Shown: piece after piece, positions 53,050 through 64,000 of the stretch
Layout: every line of letters begins with the position of its first letter
How positions within the stretch are numbered: the stretch's first letter is position 1
Assembly (NCBI GenBank): GCA_951406725.2
Contig: OX597822.1
Coordinates: 117,676,001 to 117,740,000 of the forward strand
Source of the DNA: Octopus vulgaris
Lineage: Eukaryota
Length of the DNA: 64,000 bases
Direction: 5' to 3'
Made by a program: the position numbers and the translations under genes
Notes under the pieces: model-generated
The model's input: only the letters and a program-made list of their open reading frames with translations
Told to the model about the DNA's origin: nothing
Database searches by the model: none

Positions 53050-53640
53050 GGCGGCGAGCTGGCAGAATCGTTAGCACGACGGGTGAAATGCTTTACGGTA
53101 TTTCGTCTGCCGTTACGTTCTTAGTTCAAATTCCGCCGAGGTCGACTTTGCCTTTCATCCTTTCGCAGTCGATTAAACAAGTACCAGTTACGCACTGGGG
53201 TCGATACAATCGACTTAATCCCTTTGTCTGTCCTTGTTTGTCCCCTCTATGTTTAACCCCTTGTGGGCAGTAAAGAAATAGGTATTTCGTCTGTCTTTAC
53301 TCTTTACATTCGGAGTTCAAATTCCGCTGAGGTCGCCTTTGCCTTTCATCCTTTCGGGGTCGATAAATTAAGTACCAGTTACGCACTGGGGTCGATGTAA
53401 TCGACTTAATCCGTTTTTCTGTCCTTATTTATCCTCTCTGTGTTTAGCCCCTTGTGGGTAGTAAAGAAATAGGTATTTCGTCTGCCGCTACGTTCTGAGT
53501 TCAAATTCCACTGAGGTCGCCTTTGCCTTTCATCCTTTCGGGTTCGATAAATTAAGTACCAGTTGCGTACCGGGGACGATGTAATCGACTGCACCCTTCA
53601 TCCAAAATTTCAGGCCTTGAGCCTAGAGTAGAAAAGAATA
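53050..53640 (+). mobile_element. SINE family B trimer
   Basis: Three units of about 190 bp; the last has the short tail. Confidence 0.92.
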
Positions 53641-53641
53641 T

Positions 53642-53950
53642 TATAGATGCCATTGTTGAGAGTACACATACGAGTAGTTATGACCATATGATGGTGCTAG
53701 ATATCCTTATTGGGAGTACACGTACGACCACGTGATGATACTGTTAGATATCCTCATTGATAGTACACATAGAAGTACACATGGCCATATGATGTACTAT
53801 TATATATGATTATTGGGAGAAAACGTAATAGTACACATGACCATGACACAGCTCTGTTAAATATCATTATTGAGACTATACATACGAGTATACATGACTA
53901 TGTCGGCGCTGTTGGATATCATCATCGAAAGCTTACATATGAATACAAAT
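53642..53950 (+). repeat. Diverged minisatellite, unit about 57 bp, 5-6 copies
   Basis: Recurring GATATC..TATTG.GAGTACACATACGAGTA..CATGACCA. Confidence 0.75.
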
Positions 53951-54423
53951 AAATTTATATCATATTGAATAAAGGATCAGAAGCATAAAGCGTTTGCTCT
54001 TGTTAGAAGCCAGGTAATAACATTAATTCATCAAAAGGAAATGTAAGATGATATTGTACGATAAGAAACAGAGAAACAACAGACGTTTCAGAGGTCAACT
54101 ATTTAGTAACTTAGTGAGAGGAGGAAGGAACGTCCATTAATATTTTAGGGTCTCCGAGACTGGTGCTAGGAAGAGAAGGGACCAAGTTATTCTCAGATCG
54201 GGGCCCAATTTTGAATCATTACAACAGAATGATTCGTGGTTAACTTATTCAATGGATATGTGGTGGTTTTAAACTGGGTAACAGTTAATTAATCCAGGAT
54301 AATATTGGATGCTATTTAAAATATTCAATATTGAGTTAGATAGAGACTTAGCGGTTGATGAGTAGAGGCGATGTGAAATGGGTTAAAATGTGCACAAAAT
54401 GAAACACTTCGTTATTCTTCTTG

Positions 54424-55037
54424 TTTCTTTATTGCCCACAAGGGGCTAAACATAGAGGGGACAAACAAAGACAGACAAAGGGATTAAGTCGATTATTTCG
54501 ACACCAGTGCGTAACTGGTACTTAATTTATCGAACCCGAAAGGATGAAAAGCAAAGTTGACCTCGGCGGAATTTGAACTCAGAACGTAATGGCAGACAAA
54601 ATACCTATTTCTTTACTACCCACAAAGGGCTAAACACTGAGAGGACAAACAAGGACAGACAAACGGATTAAGTCGATTGTATCGACCTCCAGTGCGTAAC
54701 TGGTACTTATTTAATCGACTGCGAAAGGATGAAAGGCAAAGTCGACCTCGGCGGAATTTGAACTCAGAACGTAACGGCAGGTGAAATACCTATTTCTTTA
54801 CTACCCACAAAGGGCTAAACACAGAGAGGACAAAAAAGGAGAGACAAACAAGGACAGACATAGGTATTAAGTCGATTGTATCGACCCCCAGTGCGTAACT
54901 GGTACTTATTTAATCGACTGCGAAAGGATGAAAGGCAAAGTCGACCTCGGCGGAATTTGAACTCAGAACGTAACAGCAGACGAAATACGGTTACGCATTT
55001 CGCCCGGTGTGCTAACGTTTCTGCCAGCTCGCCGCCT
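54424..55037 (-). mobile_element. SINE family B trimer
   Basis: Three units on the minus strand. Confidence 0.92.
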
Positions 55038-55989
55038 TCTTCGTTATTCTTCTATTGTCCTTCTACTTCATCCATTGATCTACTCTCACTCACCTTAATA
55101 TCATATTACATTCATGTAAAATATCTAATTTAAATAAGAATTTATTCATGAGAGAATGAACAGAATGATTTACTCAGCGGACATGAAAAGTTAACAAATC
55201 AACAAAATAAATAAACCAGATAATATAGGCACAAATAGGACATGGCCAGGATAACGTGGTTAAGGATAAAAACAAAACGAATTAGCCAAGTGCTTAGATG
55301 CAAGAAGAGACAACGAAACGTTCGATTCGTCCAACTGATGTGTGGATTGAAAGTTGCAACGTTTCGGATCCTTGCCTTTTTGAGCGGAACAGAAGGGGAA
55401 AGTCGGTTCACAACCATCAGTTATAATTTCGTTTTGTCTCGTAATAACTTGGAAAAGTGTTAAGTCTGTAAAACGTGAAGTTCTAGTTTTCACATGCTTT
55501 TCTAGAAAGACTTATATGGATTAAATGTTGTTGATGAAGACAATCACCTAGATCTCTAATTCTTTCTGAATATGATTCCAACCAACCAACCAAAAGTAAA
55601 CGGAATGCAATATTAAACTGACCATGGAGCATTGAAATCGCTAGATTGGCATTACGAATACATCATGAGCAAAATCAGTAGACGACCGCACTCACATTAT
55701 ATGGGCGACAGTATAAGCCAAAATAGCAGTGGTTGGCATGAAAACATTTATTGAAATTAAGGGGCAAGAAGAAAGATGAAGAGATAAATGCGTTATGCAT
55801 TCTCTGTGTTTGTAACTAGGAATAATTTTTTAGCACTGATACTTTCAGCCGTATAATTAATACAAATACTAAATTAAATTAGCTTTTCTATTATTTAATG
55901 TATAAATTGTGACGCCCACTATCTCTTCGAATTGCCTCCTCCCTAAATGAATCAGAATACACATTGCACAGATAACATACCTAATAATA

Positions 55990-56181
55990 CTGAAAATAAT
56001 AATAATAACAACAAAAATAATAATAATAATAATAACAATAATAATAATAATAATAATAATATATATATATAATATATATATATACATATATATATATACA
56101 TATATATATATACACATATATACGTACATATAAATATATTTATGCATATGTACATATAAATGTATATGGAAATAGATATGT

Positions 56182-56225
<44 letters not shown>

Positions 56226-56241
56226 ATTATACATATACATG

Positions 56242-56295
<54 letters not shown>

Positions 56296-56309
56296 TATAC
56301 ATATATACA

Positions 56310-56356
<47 letters not shown>

Positions 56357-56394
56357 CATATATATGTATATATATATTTATACATATATATGTG

Positions 56395-56425
<31 letters not shown>

Positions 56426-56426
56426 G

Positions 56427-56457
<31 letters not shown>

Positions 56458-56943
56458 GAATATGACGTGTTAGAGATTGATGTTGCCTAGACATGGTATT
56501 AATAGAAGTCTGGTGCATGGATGACTTACAGCTGCACAACATATTCTCCTCTAATATCAACTCTCGACATCTTTTCCTATTTTTCTCGAATGAGTAATTT
56601 ATTGGCAAGCTTCCACAAGTCTAAAACTCTGCTCAGCTTAGAGACAATATCATCCCTCTTCGATCCGTTTCTCCATATCCCCTTCCTCCTTACTCCTTTT
56701 GCCTTACTCTTATAATCATTCCCCCACCGCCTCTCACATACATGCATATATATATATATATACACGCGTCCATTTAACATGTATGCATGCATACGTGTGT
56801 ATACGTATGTATTTATGCTGCTTAATCATATAAACATCATTATTTCTATCCTTTTGTACTATTACTTTCTATCCCTGTTTTCACACATACAGAGGCTATG
56901 TATATATATATATATATATATACATATATATACATGCACATAC

Positions 56944-56998
<55 letters not shown>

Positions 56999-57104
56999 TA
57001 CATATATGTATATATACATACATATATATATATATACATATATATACATACACATATATCATATATATATATGCATACATATATGTATATATATATACAT
57101 ACCT

Positions 57105-57168
<64 letters not shown>

Positions 57169-57178
57169 ATATATATAC

Positions 57179-57218
<40 letters not shown>

Positions 57219-57379
57219 ATATATACATATATACATATATATATATGCATGCATGACGCATGCGTGCGTGTGTCCAGTCTTATACTCATACTGATATTAA
57301 GGCTCATACTTCTATCTTCTCTTTTTCCTTCATATATGTACCTATGTATATTTGTATATATGTGTGTGTATATATATAA

Positions 57380-57413
<34 letters not shown>

Positions 57414-57420
57414 GTGTATA
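55990..57420. repeat. Compound (AAT)n/(TA)n/(CA)n microsatellite field
   Basis: Direct reading. Confidence 0.9.
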
Positions 57421-58489
57421 TAGGTATCTCTCCCTCTCTCCCTCTTTCTCTCCTTCTCCACCTCTCCTCCCTCTCTCTCTTTCTTGCTCCTTCCTCTCCT
57501 TTCCTTCTCTGTCTCGCGTAGCGTTACTGAAATCAATATATTGTCATGTTTCTAACTTTCGAACAACCACACTGGAGTAATTTGCTACCGTTGTAATACA
57601 AGCCGCCCTATCGGATTGTTTTCCAGGTTAAGGGCCCATAGATGTTACCAGTAAATAATCGATATAACAATTTCTCTTCTTAACAAGTTACTTTCATTAA
57701 GATTCTGTAAAAATTAGCAAAAAGACGTAGCGAAATAACAGCCAACAACATTTCGTGGCACAGTGCTAATAATTTTCATCATGAGATCGAAGCTTTTTAG
57801 GGTGTTAATGATGTAAACGGTGAGTGTACATTGCTGAATTTAAATTGTTTTTAATTTTCTGACTAATGCTAATTAATGTCCATTATCGCAACCGGTATGA
57901 TATAAACTCGTTGCTATGGTTACTGTTTCTAATTACATCTCTTAAAATGTCGGTGTCCTTAGACTTGTGTAGTATAGTAAATAACATTAATGAATTACTA
58001 CTAATCTGATAGACAGCAGCACACATCAGTAAATAATTTGTATGCCGATCGCTATAAAAAGAGACCCGTGCTCTTTTAGGGTCATCGGTCGGGCGGAGTA
58101 ACTTTAGCCAAGGGGACACCCGATGAGGTCGAAACACCGTGGTGTATCAAAGTCCCTTTACACGTGCGTAAAAAAAGCGCATATTGTCTCAAGGCAAGAA
58201 GTGTTCTCCGATGACGAAAGAATGCAGCGCTCAGATGTACAGGCTCGGGTCTGCAAAAGCGCAATAAGAATGGATGGATACGTTATTGCTTGAATTATCT
58301 TCTTGAAATATTGACAACATCAATGTTATCGTTGCAAAAAAAAAACTTGCTGTGGTTATTGTTATTTAATTAACGCATTATAATCATAATCTATCATCAA
58401 TTACGATCGCTGTGTTACACATAACTCTGTATTTCATTTGTCATGACCATTATCCTCGTCTTCATAAAACTGCCAGCACCAAGATCGTC

Positions 58490-58521
58490 TTCACCATCAC
58501 CATCACCATCACCACCACCGC

Positions 58522-58553
<32 letters not shown>

Positions 58554-58579
58554 CCATCACCATCACCATCACCACCACC

Positions 58580-58613
<34 letters not shown>

Positions 58614-58653
58614 CCACCACCACCACCGCCACCGCCACCACCACCACCATCAC

Positions 58654-58700
<47 letters not shown>
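58490..58700. repeat. (CAT)n/(CAC)n trinucleotide repeat
   Basis: Direct reading. Confidence 0.95.
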
Positions 58701-59084
58701 GTCGACGTCATAATTATCAACAATATCAACCGACATCTCTTGGAGCATACGTATCTATTTCGTAGGGCGTCAGTGCCTTTGCCCTCTCGTCACGTTCCAC
58801 ATAGCACTTGGATAAGGAAAGAGAAAGAGAGAGAAGAAACAAGGACTGACCCAAGTAACTGACGAGTAATTCATTGAATTCTGAAGGGGGAAAAAAACAA
58901 AAAAACTAGCCTCAGCGTAATTTGAACTCGCAGTGCTGAAAGAAATACCGAGATGACGACTTGGCCGATTCGTAGCTTTTGTTACATTCTGCAATCTCAA
59001 GAGTGTCGAATCTCAAGAATGTCATAACTCAAGAAAGTGATAACATGTCTTGTGCTACCATTATATATAACACTGGCATGATTT

Positions 59085-59385
59085 AATCCTTTCTTTACTT
59101 GTTTCCGTCGCTGGACTGCGACACGTGTGTGTGTTCGTGTGTACACATGCACATACACACACATACACATGCACATACACACACATACACATGCACATAC
59201 ACACACATACACATGCACATTACGGACTTCCATACAGTTTCCGTCTACGAAATCTATTTACAAGGTATTGGTCGGCCGGTAACCATAATAGAAGACGCTT
59301 GCTTAAAATGCCACTCACGAAGACTGAATTTGAAACTAAACAGTGCAAACCCACCTACTTAACCATACAGCCATTTCCCTGCCTT
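59085..59385 (-). mobile_element. SINE family A, diverged
   Basis: CAGTTTCCGTCTAC...TACTTAACCATACAGCCA. Confidence 0.65.
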
Positions 59386-60762
59386 TATCACCGATTATTA
59401 TTTCATGTGGAGACGTACTTTTACCGATGTCTCAATCTCTTTCACAATGTTCTGACATTTCTATTTTACTATGTTATCTTCGCCTATCAGGTTCTTGATC
59501 ATTAATATTGCTGCTGTTTCTTTAGACCCAGACCAACGTTAATTAAACATATCTGTTAGACCATTAGGTCCAATGACACACAATCTAATGCATTACCATC
59601 CCTTTTTTCTTCTACACACAGTGCATCCCCGGTTAATTACACTGATCAATGTATCCTTTTCCTTGTGAAGGGATGATGTAGTTTGAGAGACATCAAAATG
59701 AATGAAACAATAGCATCTTCTATCAGTTCTCTCCCTTCACCAGCTCACCATCCCGATTTCCTCCATTGAAGAAACTAGACTTGTATACAATATTATTTAT
59801 TGCATAAGATTAATTGTTTATATAACAGCGTCCTTAAAATCAATATTAAGCAGAAAAGGTCTGACAATCCCTGAGAATAATGACAAAGAAATTTGCAAAC
59901 TGATAAAAGAAATAAACAAAAGCCCAACGAAAGAGAAGCGTTTCTCCCCCGTAATTCGCTCGAGTTTCCTCTAGAATCACGAATTTCTTCCAGAGAAGCT
60001 GTTATGTAATTTCTGATCTTTCAGACGTGTGAAGGAGAGTATCAGTGTAATACCTGTAAGCACTTTAAAGAATTGATAATTCACCCTCATTGATAAAATA
60101 ATAGAGATGATAGCATCTTACTTTTTGGAGAGGTAAATACAGAATAATTTCAAATGACTTTTATCGATATCGTTATCACTGTCTACCTTGTTGATTTTCT
60201 AATGTTCAAATATCGATTTCTCGTAAAGTTATCTTTAATATCGTCACAGTCACTACTTGCATCACAACAACAACAATAACAACAACAACAACAACAGCAA
60301 CAACAGCAGCAGCGGCAATAATACTGAGATTATTGATAATCGTTGTCATTGACGTCGCAGTCGCCGTCGTTGCTATAGAGAGAGAGTCGATCATCATCGT
60401 CATTGCGTCGTTATCATCTGCATCATTAATTTCATCGTTATTACTATGAGCATCCTCTTCCTGATCAATGCAAGCAACCATGTTTATGTATCCAATCTTG
60501 TATATTAGTCACCAATGTCTTATGTAGAATCTGCCATAAAATACTTATATACTACAAAGAAGAATTCATTGATAATATTATTAGCATGTTATACAATACC
60601 CGACTTAGCAAAAGCGGAATCGAGGACCATAAGACATGTTATTGCTTTTCGTTACATTACGTATATTTTGAATAATATTGTCATTACGGCAAATATGTCA
60701 GTGTTGAATCACATTCCTTTTTTACAATCGAACAACGAACAAAGTGCACAGGTGTGGTTGTA

Positions 60763-61000
60763 TACCTATTTCTTTACTTGCCACAAGGGGCTAAACACAG
60801 AGAGGACAAACAAGGACAGACAAACGGGTTAAGTCGATTATATTGACCCCAGTGCGTAACTGGAGCTTATTTAATTGACCCTGAAAGGATGAAAGGCAAA
60901 GTCGACCTCGGCGGAATTTGAACTCAGAACGTAACGTCAGACGAAATACCGCTAAGCATTTCGCCCCGCGGTGCTAACGATTCTGTCAGCTGGCCGCCTT
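60763..61000 (-). mobile_element. SINE family B monomer
   Basis: Full reverse-complement match. Confidence 0.88.
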
Positions 61001-61028
61001 GAAAATAATAATAGTAATAATGATAATA

Positions 61029-61061
<33 letters not shown>

Positions 61062-61179
61062 ATAATAATAATAAAAATATAATAATGATAATGATAACAA
61101 TAATGGTGATAAGACGAGGAAAGTTTTTCAGAACAGAAGGCTTATGGTGAAATGAAGGTAATGCAACCTCGTTCCTAAC

Positions 61180-62120
61180 TGTCACTTGCTAGTGACAGTT
61201 AGGAACAAGGGAGGACTGAAAGCAGAGATAAAAGGAAAAACAACGGAATAAGTGCAGAAAGGACGCGAAGAAGAATTTCGCAAGAAGGGACTACGGAATC
61301 CATTCCATGCAGCCACAACAGAAGTTGCTGTAAAAAATATGTGGGATTGGCTGATGAAAGGAACATTAAAAAAAGAGACCGAAAGCATTATACTGGCAGC
61401 GCAAGACCAAGCTTTGGTCTCGAACTGGAGTGTCAATCTTAGGAATGAGCAAGTGTCTCCGCTGTGCCGCATCTGCAATAGAGTGGATGAAACCATTGCA
61501 CATATCACGAACGAATTCCTAGATTTGCCCCAAACCACTACAAGTTGTAGCGACACGATCAGTTAGCTACATTGGAAATTGTGCAAAAAGTGGGGGGGGG
61601 GGCTAGAGAGAGGCATGACGTGGTATTAGCACAAACTGTAGAGAGTGGCGGAGTCGGAGACTAGCAAAACCCTCTGGGATTTCCCAACCCAAACAGATGA
61701 GGAGCTAGAGCATAAACAGACTGGAACTAGCGGTGGGGCAAAAGATGCACCACATATGCTATATAGTTGCATACCCCTTTGACCAACAAATAGTAAAAGA
61801 AGAAAGCGAAATGATAGATCGATACAGCCCTCTTAAGTACGAAATAGCTCCGGCTATGGAAAATGAAGAATGTGAAGATAGTGCCAATTATTGTTGCGTC
61901 TTTGGGAACAGTATCAGAAGTCATCAAGGGGAATATAAAGGAAATTGGAATAGAGTGCCCAGTAGAACTGTTACAAAAGGGTTGCCTCTTTGGCACGGCC
62001 AGAATAATCAGGAAAGTATTAGATAGCTGAAAAAAACGGATAGCATGGTACCGTAGGCTGCAGGTAGTATGCCCACTACTCCGAGAGCTCCAACAAAACC
62101 TGTGATAAACAGAAATTATA
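61180..62120 (+). mobile_element. RLE-type LINE 3' remnant (R4/Dong-like)
   Basis: WDWLMKGTLKKETESIILAAQDQAL and CRIC...ETIAHI zinc knuckle, then frameshifted LWDF..QTD, IVPIIV..LG, LQKGCLFGTARIIRKVL. (TAA)n-like tract upstream. Confidence 0.85.
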
Positions 62121-63373
62121 ATAATGTAATGATGTGAAGAAGAAGAAGAAGAAGAAGAAGAAGAAGAAGAAGAAGAAGAAGAAGAAGAAGAAGAAGAGGA
62201 GGAAGAAATGTCATTCTATTATGTGTAATATAATGAAAAATTTTCAACCTGATATGTCGTAGTTGAGAATAAAGTTTTTTTGGGTATATTTTGTGTGATC
62301 ATCGTCTCCATGCCAATATATTCTTTGTTATAAACTTATTGAAAGAAAAAAAAGAAAAGAATTTAACCTTAAAGATTAAATTCATGTGTATGAATGCATA
62401 AGACGATATTGACTAAGAGCTGTAAGGTATGAAACGGGGTTTTGGAGCAAAGCTGGGATTCTAAATATAAATAAAAATATTTTAATTGAAATATGTAAAA
62501 ACTAGAATTAAAAATATTAATTCAATTTTATATTGATTCAAACGTTGTTTATAGTTTTGATCATATATTTATAAATATACTTATACAATTATCACTATAT
62601 ATATAAATACGTGTGTGTGTGTGTAAGTGTCTGTGTATGTGAGTGTGTGAGCGTGATTTTGTATGTGTCTAAGATAAAAACACAACTGTTTAAGAAAGCC
62701 CCAAATATTAACTGATAATCGGCAGCGAATTTTCTGGTTTCAATTCATTGAAGAGTATATCCTGTAAGAAACTCGTTTTGCCATAGAGAGCTTCTAAAGT
62801 GAAAACTTCATTAAATGCTTTGTATGAAGCCTAATTTATTTAGAAACGGTAAATGAAAAGATTCGACTTTCATCCTTTCCAAAAGCAAGTAAAAATTACA
62901 GACTATGCTCATTTACAAATTAACTTTTTCGTAAGGAACCTTACTGAAAAATATTCCTAATTTTCAACAAAATGATGTTTTTCATTAATTATGTAGAGAT
63001 GAACGATTTTACTAGGTCCCTCCCTCTTTGACAAGGTGCAGAATTAAAATTTTCGAAAATGTCCATGTTCAAAATTTTATAGTGAATGAGAATAATCAAC
63101 CGAGCCTGTAATTACTAATTCTTATTATTTTCATTAGAGAAATGAAAAGTTAAATCTGACATCAACGGCATGCGAACTCAGAATGTATTGGAATAAAGCT
63201 GTCTTGCTATTATATCAGTGTATATTAATTTCTAGCATGAAAACAGGTTTACAATTCTTCTAGAAAGATATATGTAGAGGTTGGACAAAAGGCCACGAAA
63301 TCTGACTGCATAATACGATATATGGGCTTAATAAAGTGGTTCTAACTGTTACACCAACTGCATTTTTGTTTAC

Positions 63374-64000
63374 TCCCCGCTTTTGTACGTGATGGCCCTA
63401 GAGCCATTACTGCGAAAACTGAGCGGCATCCCGAGACAGCCGGGTAATGGAAAATCAGTGTCGGCGTACGCGGATGACATCACCATCATCGTAACCGAAA
63501 TGGACCACCTATGTAAAGTAGGCAAGGCCATAGAGGTTTACGAGACGGTGACAGGAGCAAAAGTTAATCGCGAAAAGTCAGTCGGCTTGCAACTCGGCAC
63601 CTGGAGAGGCAAGTCGATGCCTCCTGACAGCGTCGTGGGACGTTGGACGGAGGGTCCGATTAAACTGCTAGGGGTCTGGTTCGGTCCAGACCTCCAAATA
63701 GAGAAGAATTGGGGCGAGGTAACGAGCAAGGTGGCTGCAGTAGCCAAGACCTGGTCTTGGCGGTGGCTATCCTTGAAATGGAGGGCGGAGGTGGCCAATG
63801 TGTTTATCGCATCGGTTATCACCTACCGCCTTTCCGTCGTTCCTTGCCCCGATTCGTGGTTGACCAAGTTGGAAAGACAGCTCTTCTACTTCTTGTGGAA
63901 GGGTAGGAAACCACTTGTGAAACGCTCTACTTGCTGTCAACAACCGTTAAAGGGTGGGCTAGGGATGCCTTGGCTGATGATGCGCAGACATGCGCTGAGG
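63374..64000 (+). mobile_element. 5'-truncated L1/Tx1-clade LINE RT, open to the window end
   Basis: My translation from 63374: SPLLYVMALEPLLRKL...VSAYADDITI...GAKVNREKS...IKLLGVWFG...FLWKG...GGLGMP. No stop, so it is absent from the ORF track. Confidence 0.9.

Noticed and set aside
53050-53640. CRISPR-like or tRNA-gene array
   Set aside because: Units are SINE copies with no unique spacers and no complete cloverleaf; eukaryotic context.
55350-55390. Hammerhead-like CCGAAACGTTGC on the minus strand
   Set aside because: The core reads CUCAAAA and stem I is only about 2 bp; too decayed to call.

Overview
AT-rich, microsatellite-dense eukaryotic DNA with no recognisable host protein-coding gene. 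The SINE repertoire suggests an octopus genome (inference). Nearly all listed ORFs are translations of (TA)n, (CA)n, (GATA)n or (TTC)n tracts. The real content is transposable elements: three tRNA-headed SINE families (about 25 copies), a near-complete CR1-group LINE (CCCH-finger ORF1, APE, RT; 48633-51904), remnants of CR1, RTE, Tx1 and RLE-type LINEs, three Penelope-like (PLE) remnants, five non-autonomous Helitron candidates and two Tc1/mariner remnants. The most notable signal is about ten minimal type-I hammerhead-ribozyme-like motifs, many in PLE or inverted-repeat contexts. Their cores show all four Watson-Crick combinations at the tertiary 3-8 pair (C-G, U-A, A-U, G-C). Also notable: a covarying 3' stem-loop shared by SINE family A and two LINEs, SINE tail swapping, SINE arrays with a fixed junction, and several fold-back duplications. 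All structures were read by eye; no folding or database searches were run.
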